A stretch of DNA of 64,000 nt, from NCBI GenBank assembly GCA_965223855.1, contig CBDCXM010000008.1, positions 480,001-544,000 on the forward strand, given 5' to 3'. Position 1 is the first letter of the stretch. Every line of letters starts with the position of its first letter. Origin of the DNA: Candidatus Multivoradales bacterium. Lineage in GTDB: Bacteria > Acidobacteriota > Thermoanaerobaculia > Multivoradales > JAHEKO01. A program made the position numbers and the translations under genes. This document shows positions 22,015 to 30,672 of this stretch, one piece after another. Under the pieces are notes generated by a model that worked only from the letters and a program-made list of their open reading frames with translations, was not told where the DNA came from and did no database searches.

Positions 22015-23565
22015 CTACTCCAACCTATCGGTCTCGCGCACGAACCGCGCCAGATCTTCCCGGAACTTCACCAGCGACGGCTCGTGGAGGTACATCATGT
22101 GTCCCGCTTCGTAGAGTTCGAGGTGAATCCGCTCGCGTACTTCCGGAGCGACGTCGAGGTGCTCGACGTCGTGCTTGGTGGCGAGCGTCGGGGTCGCGAG
22201 ATCGTAGTAGCCCTGCTGGACGAGGAGGTGCAGCCCGGGGTTCATCGTCAGAGCCATGGCGAGATCGCTGCGCAGGTTCGCCCACGGCTCGACCCAGCCG
22301 CCCGAGGTCGGCGGCCGGTGGCCCCAGTCCCAGTCGGAGACGCCGCCCATGATCTGGTAGGTCTCCTCACGCCCGAAGTCGAGCTCGCCGTGCATGTAGT
22401 CGAGAAAGGCGGCGGTGAACGCCGGGCCGACCGCGGGGAAGAACGGGTCGTAGTCCATCTCCTCGGAGAGCGGGTTGACCGACGGGCCGATGAAGCGCGA
22501 GTCGATGCGACCTGCGATGCGCCGTTCATCCCGCTTGAGCTCCTGAACGAACTGCGTGTGGCTCACCCGGAGGTCGGCCTTCAGCCAGTAGTCCGCCGAG
22601 GTCCCCGTGTAGGCGGCGAGCTTCGCCGCCACCGCCTGCTTCTCGTCGTCCGCGATCGTGTACCCCTTGAGGAGCGCCGGTGCGTACTCGTCGTAGGCGA
22701 AGCGCTCGACCTCCTCGTGAAACGCCTCGAGGTCGGGCTGATCGGGCACCATGCCGTGGTACCAGGCGGTCGCCGCGAGCGTCGGCAGGTAGAGGACGTG
22801 CGGCAGGTCGATGCCGCCACCGTCGATCCCCGATCCCATGTTGAGGAAGGGCGAGACGACGACCACGCCGTTGAAGTTCATCCCGTGGACCGTCTGCAGG
22901 TGCCAGACGAGCCCGGCGCTGCGCACACCGCCGTAGCTCTCGCCGAGGATGTACTTGGGCGACGCCCAGCGACCGTTGAGGGTGACGTACTCCTTGACGA
23001 ACGAGCCGACCGAGCGGATGTCCTGATCGACCCCCCAGAAGTCCTTGCCCGTCGCCTCACCGAGCGGCTTGCTGAAGCCGGTGCCGACCGGATCGACCAT
23101 CACCAGATCGGTCACGTCGAGGATGCTGTACTCGTTGTCGACCCGCATCGCCGGCGGCGGCGGCGCGTACCCCTCGTCCTCGACCACCACCCGCTGCGGG
23201 CCGAGCACCCCCATGTGGAGCCAGATGGAAGACGAGCCCGGCCCGCCGTTGAAGGCGAACATGACCGGCCTCCGGCTGAGGTCGTCGACGCCGTCGCGGG
23301 TGTAGGCGGTGTAGCCGAACCTTGCGATCGGCTCGTCCTTTTCGCTCTCGAGGATCAGCCAGCCGGCGGTCGCCGTGTAGTCGATGCGCTGGCCGTCGAT
23401 GGTGACCCGGTGGCGGGTCTCGGAAGAAGCCGCCTCCGGCTTCTCCGCCGCCATCTCCTTCTCCATCCCGGAGCCCGCCTCTTCGGCGTGGACGGGTGCG
23501 AGGGCGAGCAGAGCGACGAAAACGAAGACGAGGGCGATGCGAGAACTCGGAGACGCTGGAGACAT
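22015..23565 (-). CDS. S10 family serine carboxypeptidase (secreted)
   Basis: FNGGPGSSS, DPVGTGFS, catalytic GESYGG, GYYDLATP, YEAGHMMY. Confidence 0.93.
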   Translation of the reverse strand: MSPASPSSRIALVFVFVALLALAPVHAEEAGSGMEKEMAAEKPEAASSETRHRVTIDGQRIDYTATAGWLILESEKDEPIARFGYTAYTRDGVDDLSRRPVMFAFNGGPGSSSIWLHMGVLGPQRVVVEDEGYAPPPPAMRVDNEYSILDVTDLVMVDPVGTGFSKPLGEATGKDFWGVDQDIRSVGSFVKEYVTLNGRWASPKYILGESYGGVRSAGLVWHLQTVHGMNFNGVVVVSPFLNMGSGIDGGGIDLPHVLYLPTLAATAWYHGMVPDQPDLEAFHEEVERFAYDEYAPALLKGYTIADDEKQAVAAKLAAYTGTSADYWLKADLRVSHTQFVQELKRDERRIAGRIDSRFIGPSVNPLSEEMDYDPFFPAVGPAFTAAFLDYMHGELDFGREETYQIMGGVSDWDWGHRPPTSGGWVEPWANLRSDLAMALTMNPGLHLLVQQGYYDLATPTLATKHDVEHLDVAPEVRERIHLELYEAGHMMYLHEPSLVKFREDLARFVRETDRLE

Positions 23566-23655
23566 CGAGGAACCTCCGGGAGAAGGCGCATGAGCGCGGA
23601 ACTGGTGAGACGAGCGGGCAGTCTAGCAACCGGTCCCTGTGGCCGGGCCGCGTTC

Positions 23656-24042
23656 TCAGCCCACCTGACGCCAGCCGCCGGCGACATGCAGCATCGCTCC
23701 GGCTCCGAAGGCGTACAGTCCTAGACTGCTCCAGGCGGAACGGCCGAGGCCGCCGATCGGCTCGACGACGAAGGCGGCGATCAGGAGCACGCTCGCCAAG
23801 CCGAGAAGCCCGCTTCCCGCTGCCTGCGACCGGCGTCTCCAACCGGCGGCGAACGGGGTCAGATACGTCGCCAGCAGCAGATGGGCGAGGGCGAGCCCCA
23901 GCATGTAGATGTGCCGCGAGACGAAGAGCATGTGCTCGCCGCCGGGGAGGGTCTCGAGCCGGGTGAAGAGCCTCATGTAGGCCCCCGAACCGAGGAACGC
24001 CACCAAGGTCAGGGCACCGAAGATCGCATGGGTGCGCCTCAT
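23656..24042 (-). CDS. Hypothetical 4-TM membrane protein
   Basis: Four hydrophobic segments; SRHIY motif. Confidence 0.7.
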   Translation of the reverse strand: MRRTHAIFGALTLVAFLGSGAYMRLFTRLETLPGGEHMLFVSRHIYMLGLALAHLLLATYLTPFAAGWRRRSQAAGSGLLGLASVLLIAAFVVEPIGGLGRSAWSSLGLYAFGAGAMLHVAGGWRQVG

Positions 24043-24073
24043 CGCCGCTTCATCGTACTCGCTGGCCCGAACT

Positions 24074-24249
24074 TCTCACGCCGGTGTGCTCTGGAAGGCC
24101 GTAGGTTGCTGAAGATACAAGGCTTCCGGTTGCGAGCACCGGAGACATAGCCTTAGCTACGCCGAGGAACGCAGTGACCGGGAAACGCAGTAGATTCAGT
24201 GACATACGGTCTTCCTGACTAGTCCGTCGCACAGTGCAGCGGCGGGAGA
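24074..24249 (+). ncRNA. Candidate structured non-coding RNA (about 176 nt)
   Basis: Nested complementarity: 24074-24083/24240-24249, 24093-24113/24195-24215 (with G-U pairs only on the + strand), and internal hairpin aaggcttccggt..accgga..agcctt. Confidence 0.5.
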
Positions 24250-24270
24250 TGCTCAGGCTAGACTTCCCGG

Positions 24271-24807
24271 GTGACGAAGCCGCTGGTACTGCTGATCGAT
24301 CGACGGTGGGACGGAGCACCGATCGCCTCGGCGGAACGGGCCGGCGTGACGCTCGCCACCCTTGCCGGCGGATGGGAGATCGTGGTCGAGGCGCCTTTCC
24401 ACGACGACCCGCCGCCCGAAGGTTCTCCGGGATCGACCGACGGGCTCTGGAACCACGAGGTCGTCGAACTGTTCGTCGCGGTATGCGGGCCGTCGGACCG
24501 CGTGCGCTACACCGAGATCGAGCTTTCGCCCCACGGCCACCACCTGGTGCTCGACTTCCGCGGCGTCCGCCGGCGCCAGGCCGTCGTCCAACCGCTGTCG
24601 ATGACCGCCGGGATCGAGGGTGCGAGATGGCACGCTCGGATGGCGCTGCCGCTCGACGCCCTGCCGCCGCAACCGTGGCGGGTCAACGCCTTCGCCATCC
24701 ACGGCGTGGGAAGGCATCGACGCTACCTGGCGGCCTTCCCAGTCCCAGGAGAACGGCCCGACTTCCACCAGCCGGCGGCCTTCCCGATGGCCGGAGGTCT
24801 CCCCTGA
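24271..24807 (+). CDS. UPF0462/C4orf33-like protein (DOMON/CBM9-like fold)
   Basis: APFHDDPPP..G...LWNHEVVELF...YTEIELSPHGHHLVL...NAFAIHG...PDFH motifs. Confidence 0.7.
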   Translation: MTKPLVLLIDRRWDGAPIASAERAGVTLATLAGGWEIVVEAPFHDDPPPEGSPGSTDGLWNHEVVELFVAVCGPSDRVRYTEIELSPHGHHLVLDFRGVRRRQAVVQPLSMTAGIEGARWHARMALPLDALPPQPWRVNAFAIHGVGRHRRYLAAFPVPGERPDFHQPAAFPMAGGLP

Positions 24808-24814
24808 CACGAGG

Positions 24815-25975
24815 TCAGGGCTCGAGAGCGGCCCGGAAGCGCTCACCGAGGCCGGAGAGCCGCTCGATGGGTTCGTTCGAGAACACGAGACGAACATAGC
24901 GAGCCACAACGTCGCTCCCCCAGTTCGTCATCGGCGTCGCCGCCACCTTGCCGTGCTCGAGCAGACGCCGCGACGCCTCGGCGCCGGACAGCCCGAGCGG
25001 CGCAACATCCACCAGCAGCGACCAGCCTCCCTGCGGGGGGATCGCGACGAAGCCGGCCAGCTCCTCGAGAACCCGATCGCGCCGCCGCTGCCACTCGGCG
25101 ACGCAGGTCGCGATGCCGTCGTCCGGGTCGTCGATCGCCGCCGCCACCGCGCCCATGGCAATGCCGGTCTGGCAGACGACGTTGGTGAGGCTCACCCTGG
25201 CCACATCCGCCAGGATCGGCGCCGGACCGACGACCCAGCCGGTTCGCCAGCCGATCATCCGGTACTCCTTGGAGGCGGAGCCGACCGTAATCACCCGCTC
25301 GCGCATCTCCGGAAGCGACGCCGGATGGAGCACCTCGCGACCGTCAAAGAGCAGTCGCTCCATCGCCGCGTCATGGATCCACCAGGCGTCGGCGCGGCGG
25401 CAGAAGTCGGCCAGCGCCTCCGTCTCGGCCCGGTCGAACACCGAGCCGGTCGGCATCGACGGGCTCATCAGCAGCGCCGCCGTCACCGGCCCCGGGTCGA
25501 TCGAGCTCAGCGCGTCGGTGTCGAGCCGCCAGCCATCCACCCCGGGGACCAGCGGCACGAAGCGCGGCACCCCGCCGACCAGCCGCACCCGGTTGATCAG
25601 ACCGACGTAGGTCGGGTCGGTCAGCAGCACTTCGTCGCCCGGCTCGATCGTCGCCAGGAGCACGTTGAGGATGCCGGCCAGGCCGCCGGCGCTCGCCACG
25701 CACTCCGTCGCCCAGTCGTACTCGCGCCTGCTCAGCCGCGATACCAGAGCGGTGGCCGACCGGCGGGTCGAATCGAGGCCGACGAACGGCAGATAGCTGT
25801 TGGCGTCGTCGTCGTCGATCGCCTGCTTCGTGAAGTCGAGCGCCGACTGTGGCGGGCGCAGGTCGGTGTCGAGGTTCTCGAGGCGGAGGACGTCCGGATC
25901 GTCGAGACGGTCGGCCAGGGCGCCGAGGTCCTCGACGCCGATTCGGGTTACGTGTTGGAGTCGGGAGACCGGCAT
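24815..25975 (-). CDS. PLP-dependent aminotransferase class I/II
   Basis: PGDEVLLTDPTY, PSMPTG, DAAME, GSASKEYRMIGWRTGW (PLP lysine). Confidence 0.92.
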   Translation of the reverse strand: MPVSRLQHVTRIGVEDLGALADRLDDPDVLRLENLDTDLRPPQSALDFTKQAIDDDDANSYLPFVGLDSTRRSATALVSRLSRREYDWATECVASAGGLAGILNVLLATIEPGDEVLLTDPTYVGLINRVRLVGGVPRFVPLVPGVDGWRLDTDALSSIDPGPVTAALLMSPSMPTGSVFDRAETEALADFCRRADAWWIHDAAMERLLFDGREVLHPASLPEMRERVITVGSASKEYRMIGWRTGWVVGPAPILADVARVSLTNVVCQTGIAMGAVAAAIDDPDDGIATCVAEWQRRRDRVLEELAGFVAIPPQGGWSLLVDVAPLGLSGAEASRRLLEHGKVAATPMTNWGSDVVARYVRLVFSNEPIERLSGLGERFRAALEP

Positions 25976-26009
25976 CGAGTCACACGAGCAGAGGGAAGAG
26001 TGGCTGGCT

Positions 26010-26570
26010 CTAGTCCGCGCCCCGGTAGGCAGCTCGAAGCCATGCTTTCAGCTCGTCGTCCACGTCGTCGGGCTCGCCGAGTCTCACCCGATGACTCACC
26101 ATCGAGTTGAAGCTCCCCGAAGCTTCCAAGCGCCCATCCGGGTCCGTGTCAGGAAGCTTCAGCCCCAGATCGACCCGGGACTTCGTCGACGGCTGGACGA
26201 GCCCGAACTGCTTCTTGCGCCGCAGGCTGACGTAGGCCTTCTTCGGAGCCAACTCGACATCGTCGCCGAACCCCCGGACGATCTCGACGATGCGGTCGTA
26301 GATCGGTCGCAACGCCTCCTTGCCCTCGTACTGCGAAGCAACGAGGTCGGCGTCGTCCGCGTGGATCGCCCCCGACTTCTTCGATTCGTGGGCGATCAGG
26401 TTAGCGTAGCCGTGGGTGACGCCGTGCTCGGTCTTGAGCAGCTTGACGATCTGGCCGTGCTTTTCGAGGCCGCTGGCGGCAACGACCTTCTTCCAGTGGT
26501 CGAGCGGCGCCCCTGTCTTGGCCTCGACGTTGTCGAGCATGGACTGGGCTTGTTCTTCGGGAGTGGGCAT
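26010..26570 (-). CDS. DUF4287 + DUF5655 domain protein
   Basis: NVEAKTG..W..KHGQIVKLLKTEHGVTHGYANLIAH, then PKKAYVSLRRKKQFG...SHRVRL. Confidence 0.8.
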   Translation of the reverse strand: MPTPEEQAQSMLDNVEAKTGAPLDHWKKVVAASGLEKHGQIVKLLKTEHGVTHGYANLIAHESKKSGAIHADDADLVASQYEGKEALRPIYDRIVEIVRGFGDDVELAPKKAYVSLRRKKQFGLVQPSTKSRVDLGLKLPDTDPDGRLEASGSFNSMVSHRVRLGEPDDVDDELKAWLRAAYRGAD

Positions 26571-26615
26571 GGCTCGTCTCTTCCGGGGCTGCTCCTCTGG
26601 GGCTCGGCGCCCGGA

Positions 26616-26813
26616 TCAGGCGGTGCCCGAGTCCCGCTGTGCGAGGAATTCCCGCAGCGCTCTGTCGACCGCCTCAGCATCCTTGAACTGCCGGGCGAGG
26701 TCCGGCTCCAACACGAGCACAGCGGCATCGGCGCGGAAGCGATCGGCGTACTTTCCGCGGACACCGCCGCGGAAGTCGTAGTGATCCCTCAAGTCGTCGT
26801 CTCGATCGCTCAT
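26616..26813 (-). CDS. Putative antitoxin (BrnA-like)
   Basis: LRDHYDFRGGVRGKYA...VLEPDLA..F..AEAVDRALR; ATGA-coupled to the BrnT gene. Confidence 0.75.
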   Translation of the reverse strand: MSDRDDDLRDHYDFRGGVRGKYADRFRADAAVLVLEPDLARQFKDAEAVDRALREFLAQRDSGTA

Positions 26814-27091
26814 GCCCGTCCTTCGTAGTCGCGCCGCTCACGCCTGTTGGCCGGTCGCGCGCTGATCAACCGGATTCTACCGTCCACCTCGGTGTGCGAG
26901 ACCACCAGCAACCGCCGGCGACTCCCCATGCCGATCAAGAGGAAGCGCTCTTCGCCGATCGAATGGTCTGGATCGGGCACAGTGATCGAGAGCGGATCCG
27001 AGAAGGCCGCGATCGCTTCACCGAACGACACCCCGTGCCTCCTCAGGTTCCGGTCCCCCTTCGAGGAATCCCATTCGAATACGAGGCTCAC
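26810..27091 (-). CDS. brnT: BrnT family ribonuclease toxin
   Basis: FEWDSSK..NLRRHGVSFGEA...DPDHSIGEERF..IG...LLVVSHT...IRLISARPA..ER; GTG start at 27091. Confidence 0.88.
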   Translation of the reverse strand: MSLVFEWDSSKGDRNLRRHGVSFGEAIAAFSDPLSITVPDPDHSIGEERFLLIGMGSRRRLLVVSHTEVDGRIRLISARPANRRERRDYEGRA

Positions 27092-27152
27092 GCCCCACAC
27101 GACGCAGACGGCAGCTCGAATCGCACAGACGCCCGCTGTATCCTTGCCCGCC

Positions 27153-27929
27153 ATGCGCCTCGCCACCTGGAACATCAACGGCCTCCGCGCCCGTCTCGAC
27201 TTCGTCCTCCACTGGCTGGACGCCCGCTCTCCGGACGTCGTCGGCCTGCAGGAGCTCAAGCTCACCGACGAGCAGTTTCCGTACGACGAGATCGAGGCCG
27301 CCGGCTACAAGGCGGCGGTGCACGGGCAGAAGGCGTGGAACGGAGTGGCGATCCTCAGCCGCGAGGAGGGGGAAGTCACCCAGCGAGGCCTGCCCGGCGA
27401 GGAGGAGTTCGGCTCGCGGCTCGTCACCGCCCGGTTCGGTGATCTCTCGTTCACCACCGTCTACTGCCCCAACGGTAAGAGCGCCGACCACGACGATTAC
27501 CCGAAGAAGCTCGCCTGGTACGAGTCGCTGGCGGCTCATTGGCAGGCCGAGCACGCCGACGACGCGTCAGCGATCCTGTGCGGCGACTTCAACATCTGCC
27601 CAACCGAGCTCGACAGCCACCACCCGGCGGAGAAGACCGTCGGCCGGATCTTCCACACGCCGGACGAGCGCAGGCGCTACGAGGCGCTGCTGGACCTCGG
27701 GCTCACCGACCTCTACCGCGACCGCAACCCGGAGACGCGGATGTACTCGTGGTGGGACTACCGTGCCGGCTCGTTCCACATGAACAAGGGCCTCAGAATC
27801 GACTTCGTGCTCGGTACCGAGGCGATCCGCTCGCGTGTGGCGGACGTCGTCATCGACCGCGACTACCGCAAGAAGAAGGACGGCCTCACCGCCTCCGATC
27901 ACGCCCCGGTATGGGTCGATCTCGAGTAG
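27153..27929 (+). CDS. xth: Exodeoxyribonuclease III
   Basis: MRLATWNINGLRAR, LQELK, NGVAIL, YCPNG, GDFNI, YSWWDYR, GLRID, SDHAPV. Confidence 0.96.
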   Translation: MRLATWNINGLRARLDFVLHWLDARSPDVVGLQELKLTDEQFPYDEIEAAGYKAAVHGQKAWNGVAILSREEGEVTQRGLPGEEEFGSRLVTARFGDLSFTTVYCPNGKSADHDDYPKKLAWYESLAAHWQAEHADDASAILCGDFNICPTELDSHHPAEKTVGRIFHTPDERRRYEALLDLGLTDLYRDRNPETRMYSWWDYRAGSFHMNKGLRIDFVLGTEAIRSRVADVVIDRDYRKKKDGLTASDHAPVWVDLE

Positions 27930-27933
27930 AACG

Positions 27934-28611
27934 ATGAGCGACTCGCCCCTTCTCCCTTGCGTCGAGTTGCACCCGCCCAACGGCGGCGAGGCGACGAGCG
28001 CCGTGATCTGGCTTCACGGCCTCGGCGCCGACGGCAACGACTTCGTGCCGATCGTCCCCGAGCTCGGCCTGCCCGAGGGCCATGGCATCCGCTTCGTCTT
28101 CCCCCACGCGCCGAAGATCCCGGTGACGCTCAACGGCGGCTTCGTCATGCCCGCCTGGTACGACATCACCAGCCTCGACGCCCGGGGCCAGGACGAAGCG
28201 GGGATCCGAAAGTCGAGCAACGAGCTCGAGCGGCTGATCGACCGTGAAGTCGGGCGCGGCATCCCGACGGAGCGGATCGTCCTCGCCGGTTTCTCGCAGG
28301 GTGGCGCGATCGCCCTCTTCTGCGGCCTGCGTCTCGATCTCAAGCTCGCCGGCATCATGGCGCTCTCGACCTACCTGGTCGCTCCAGATGTGCTCGAGAC
28401 CGAGCGCCACGAGGCCAACGCGAAGACGCCGATCTTCCAGGCCCACGGCACCTTCGACCCGATGGTGCCGCACTCCCTGGCGATCAGGACTCGCGAGTGG
28501 CTCGAGGGACACGACTACGAGGTCGAGAGCCTCGACTACCCGATGGCCCACCAGGTCTGTCTCGAGGAGATCGAGGCGATCGGCAACTGGCTGCGGCGGA
28601 TCCTGGTCTGA
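27934..28611 (+). CDS. Phospholipase/carboxylesterase (alpha/beta hydrolase)
   Basis: IWLHGLGADGNDF, MPAWYDI, GFSQGG nucleophile motif, HGTFDPMV, YPMAH. Confidence 0.93.
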   Translation: MSDSPLLPCVELHPPNGGEATSAVIWLHGLGADGNDFVPIVPELGLPEGHGIRFVFPHAPKIPVTLNGGFVMPAWYDITSLDARGQDEAGIRKSSNELERLIDREVGRGIPTERIVLAGFSQGGAIALFCGLRLDLKLAGIMALSTYLVAPDVLETERHEANAKTPIFQAHGTFDPMVPHSLAIRTREWLEGHDYEVESLDYPMAHQVCLEEIEAIGNWLRRILV

Positions 28612-29831
28612 CCTGTCAGCGCGGCGTGTAGCCGGCGCCGGCGATCGCTTCGCGCAGCCGCGCCTCGTCCGCCGTGCCGGCGACGCGAGCCAGCCCCGGG
28701 TCGAGGTCGACGTCGACCCCGGTCACCCCGTCGGTCGCCCGCAGCGCCTTCTCGACGTGATCGACGCAGGCGCCGCAGCTCATACCGTCGATCGCGATCT
28801 CGGTCACCGTGCCCTCCCGACTCCGCCACCACCTCCTCGGGGGAGGGACCGAAGAACTCCCGAAGCTCGCTCGAGGCGAACCACGCCAGGAGCGCCAGCA
28901 GCAGGACGGCGCTCGCCACCGCCCACCACGCCGCCGCGTGCTCATGCGATAGCGCTGCCCGCGCCGCCTCGTCGCCGATCACCCAGTCGAACACCAGCGA
29001 CAGCGCCAGGCTGCCGACGACGATCGTCGCCAGGTACACCACCAGCATCCGCCGCCCGAGGGTCTTGGCGATCGCACCGATCGTCGCGACGTTGGTCGCC
29101 GGCCCCGCCATCAGGAAGACCAGCGCCGCCCCTGCCGGCATTCCGGCCCCGACGAGCGAAGCGGCGATCGGCACCGAGGCGGTCGCACACACATAGAGCG
29201 GCAGGCTCACCGCCAGCGCCGCCAGCCCGGCCCCGAGCGCGCCGATCGAGCCGAGCCCGGCTAGCGCCGAATCCGGCACGAAGACGTCGATCGCAGCCGA
29301 GATCAGCACTCCGCCCACCAGCCAGCGCCAGATGCTCCGAAGGATGTCGAGCCCGTGCTCCAGCATCTCCGCGGCCGCGCCGCGACGAGTCCCAGGCCGA
29401 TCGTCCAACACTGCTTCCGGCTCGGCCTCCTCCTCCCCGCCGATCGCCTCCGCCCACCAACCGCCCACCAACCCCGTCACCGCCGCACTGGCCACCTTGA
29501 AGAGCGCGAACGGCCAACCGAGGAACGACGCCGACACCAGGATCGAATCGACCCCGGTCTGAGGCGTCGAGATCAGGAAGCCGACCGAAGCACCGTCACT
29601 CGCTCCATCCTTCTTGAGCCCCAATCCCGCCGGAATCACCCCGCAGGAACAAAGCGGCATCGGCACCCCGAAGAGCACCGCCTTGCCGACTCCCCCGTAG
29701 CCACGCAGTTGCTTGCGGATCAGGTCGCGCGGCAGCACCACGTGCAACACCGCCGCGATCACCGTCCCCAGCAGCAGCCAGGGCGCCAGCTCCAGCAGAA
29801 TCTCCCAGTTCGCTTCGAGATACGCCCTCAT
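28536..29831 (-). CDS. DUF318/ArsP-type permease (SO_0444-like Cu/Zn efflux); plausible protein only down to about 28815
   Basis: PMPLCSCGVIP, FLISTPQTGVDS, PLYVCATASVPIA, FLMAGPATN motifs. After ..AESGG the frame becomes Arg-rich, shadow-like sequence. Confidence 0.85.
   Translation of the reverse strand: MRAYLEANWEILLELAPWLLLGTVIAAVLHVVLPRDLIRKQLRGYGGVGKAVLFGVPMPLCSCGVIPAGLGLKKDGASDGASVGFLISTPQTGVDSILVSASFLGWPFALFKVASAAVTGLVGGWWAEAIGGEEEAEPEAVLDDRPGTRRGAAAEMLEHGLDILRSIWRWLVGGVLISAAIDVFVPDSALAGLGSIGALGAGLAALAVSLPLYVCATASVPIAASLVGAGMPAGAALVFLMAGPATNVATIGAIAKTLGRRMLVVYLATIVVGSLALSLVFDWVIGDEAARAALSHEHAAAWWAVASAVLLLALLAWFASSELREFFGPSPEEVVAESGGHGDRDRDRRYELRRLRRSRREGAAGDRRGDRGRRRPRPGAGSRRRHGGRGAAARSDRRRRLHAALTGQTRIRRSQLPIASISSRQTWWAIG
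28616..28807 (-). CDS. HMA (CopZ-like) metal-binding domain; separate gene or frameshifted C-terminus of the permease
   Basis: IDGMSCGACVDHVEKAL...AIAGAGY; GGGAGGG before GTG 28807. Confidence 0.8.
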   Translation of the reverse strand: MTEIAIDGMSCGACVDHVEKALRATDGVTGVDVDLDPGLARVAGTADEARLREAIAGAGYTPR

Positions 29832-29836
29832 CGTCC

Positions 29837-30124
29837 TTACCTGGCCGCGATTCCGCCGAACCGGTCGAAGATCGTCATCAGATCCTCCACCTGCCGCCGC
29901 CGCGCCTCCTCACTGCCGTCCTTGAGCGCGTCCGAAACGCAGGTCTCGATATGCGACCCCAGGAGCACCTGAGCCGCCTTGCTCAACGCCCCCCGGATCG
30001 CCGAGATCTGCAGCAGCACATCCACACACCCCTCGTCCGAATCCACCATCCGATGCACCGCCGCCAACTGCCCCTCCGCCCGCCGCAACCGCTTCAGAAG
30101 CTCGTCTTTCGTCTCTTTCTTCAC
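29837..30124 (-). CDS. csoR: CsoR/RcnR family metal-sensing repressor
   Basis: RLRRAEGQL..V..M....CVDVLLQISA...L......LL..HIETCV. Confidence 0.92.
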   Translation of the reverse strand: MKKETKDELLKRLRRAEGQLAAVHRMVDSDEGCVDVLLQISAIRGALSKAAQVLLGSHIETCVSDALKDGSEEARRRQVEDLMTIFDRFGGIAAR

Positions 30125-30126
30125 AA

Positions 30127-30172
30127 TACCCCCTAGGGGTACCTAGCATACCCCACAGGGGTACCAAGTCAA
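30127..30172 (-). promoter_or_regulatory. csoR promoter with two tandem CsoR-type operators
   Basis: TACCCC-N3-GGGGTA at 30127-30141 and 30149-30163; on the minus strand TTGACT(30172-30167)-N16-TATGCT(30150-30145). Confidence 0.8.
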
Positions 30173-30257
30173 CCCCAAGACCCATCGTGATTCAGGAGAC
30201 TCGAAGTCCCCTGAGTCACGCTTCCTCCCCACCCCCTCCGGGTGCACCCCACCGATA

Positions 30258-30474
30258 GGCCCCGGCCGCCCGAAGACTGAGCGCCGAGGGGGCTCTGAGC
30301 CGAGCCCGAAAGCCACCGAACCATTCTCCGGCGAAGGCGAAGGAGCGCGCCCCACCCACTCAACTACCCCTGTCGCGCAACGCCCCCCCTCGGGCTCAGT
30401 CTTCGGATGGCCGAGGGCCGGCATCGTCGCGATCGCATTCGATCGCAGATAGGTAACCTGTCACCGAAACTCCG
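30258..30474 (+). repeat. Palindromic repeat element family A, copy 2
   Basis: About 36-bp imperfect inverted arms at 30258-30293 and 30384-30419, plus a tail ending gtaacctgtcaccgaaactccg shared with copy 3. Confidence 0.9.
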
Positions 30475-30672
30475 AAACCGGAACTCCGACGCAACTCCGA
30501 TTCCTCGCGGAGCACCGCTTCCGAAGCCCGTTTCGTGGTGCCTGCGGCAGGTTCGGCGCCATCCGCCAGCGATGTGGCGCGATCTGCTAGTGACCACCTG
30601 TTCGCGGCCGCCTAGTGTGGAGTCGATAGGAACGAGAGCCCACCGGCTCACAGGCCGGAAAGGAGACGAGGA

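Noticed and set aside
24105-24190. Hammerhead ribozyme (CTGAAGA ... GAAA)
   Set aside because: The core-like words are present, but the required stems I-III and cleavage triplet could not be built, and the CTGAA is paired in the long stem.
24074-24249. Confident 6S RNA, SRP RNA or riboswitch call
   Set aside because: No SRP domain IV motif, no recognisable riboswitch consensus and no clear 6S central bubble; left as an unassigned candidate.
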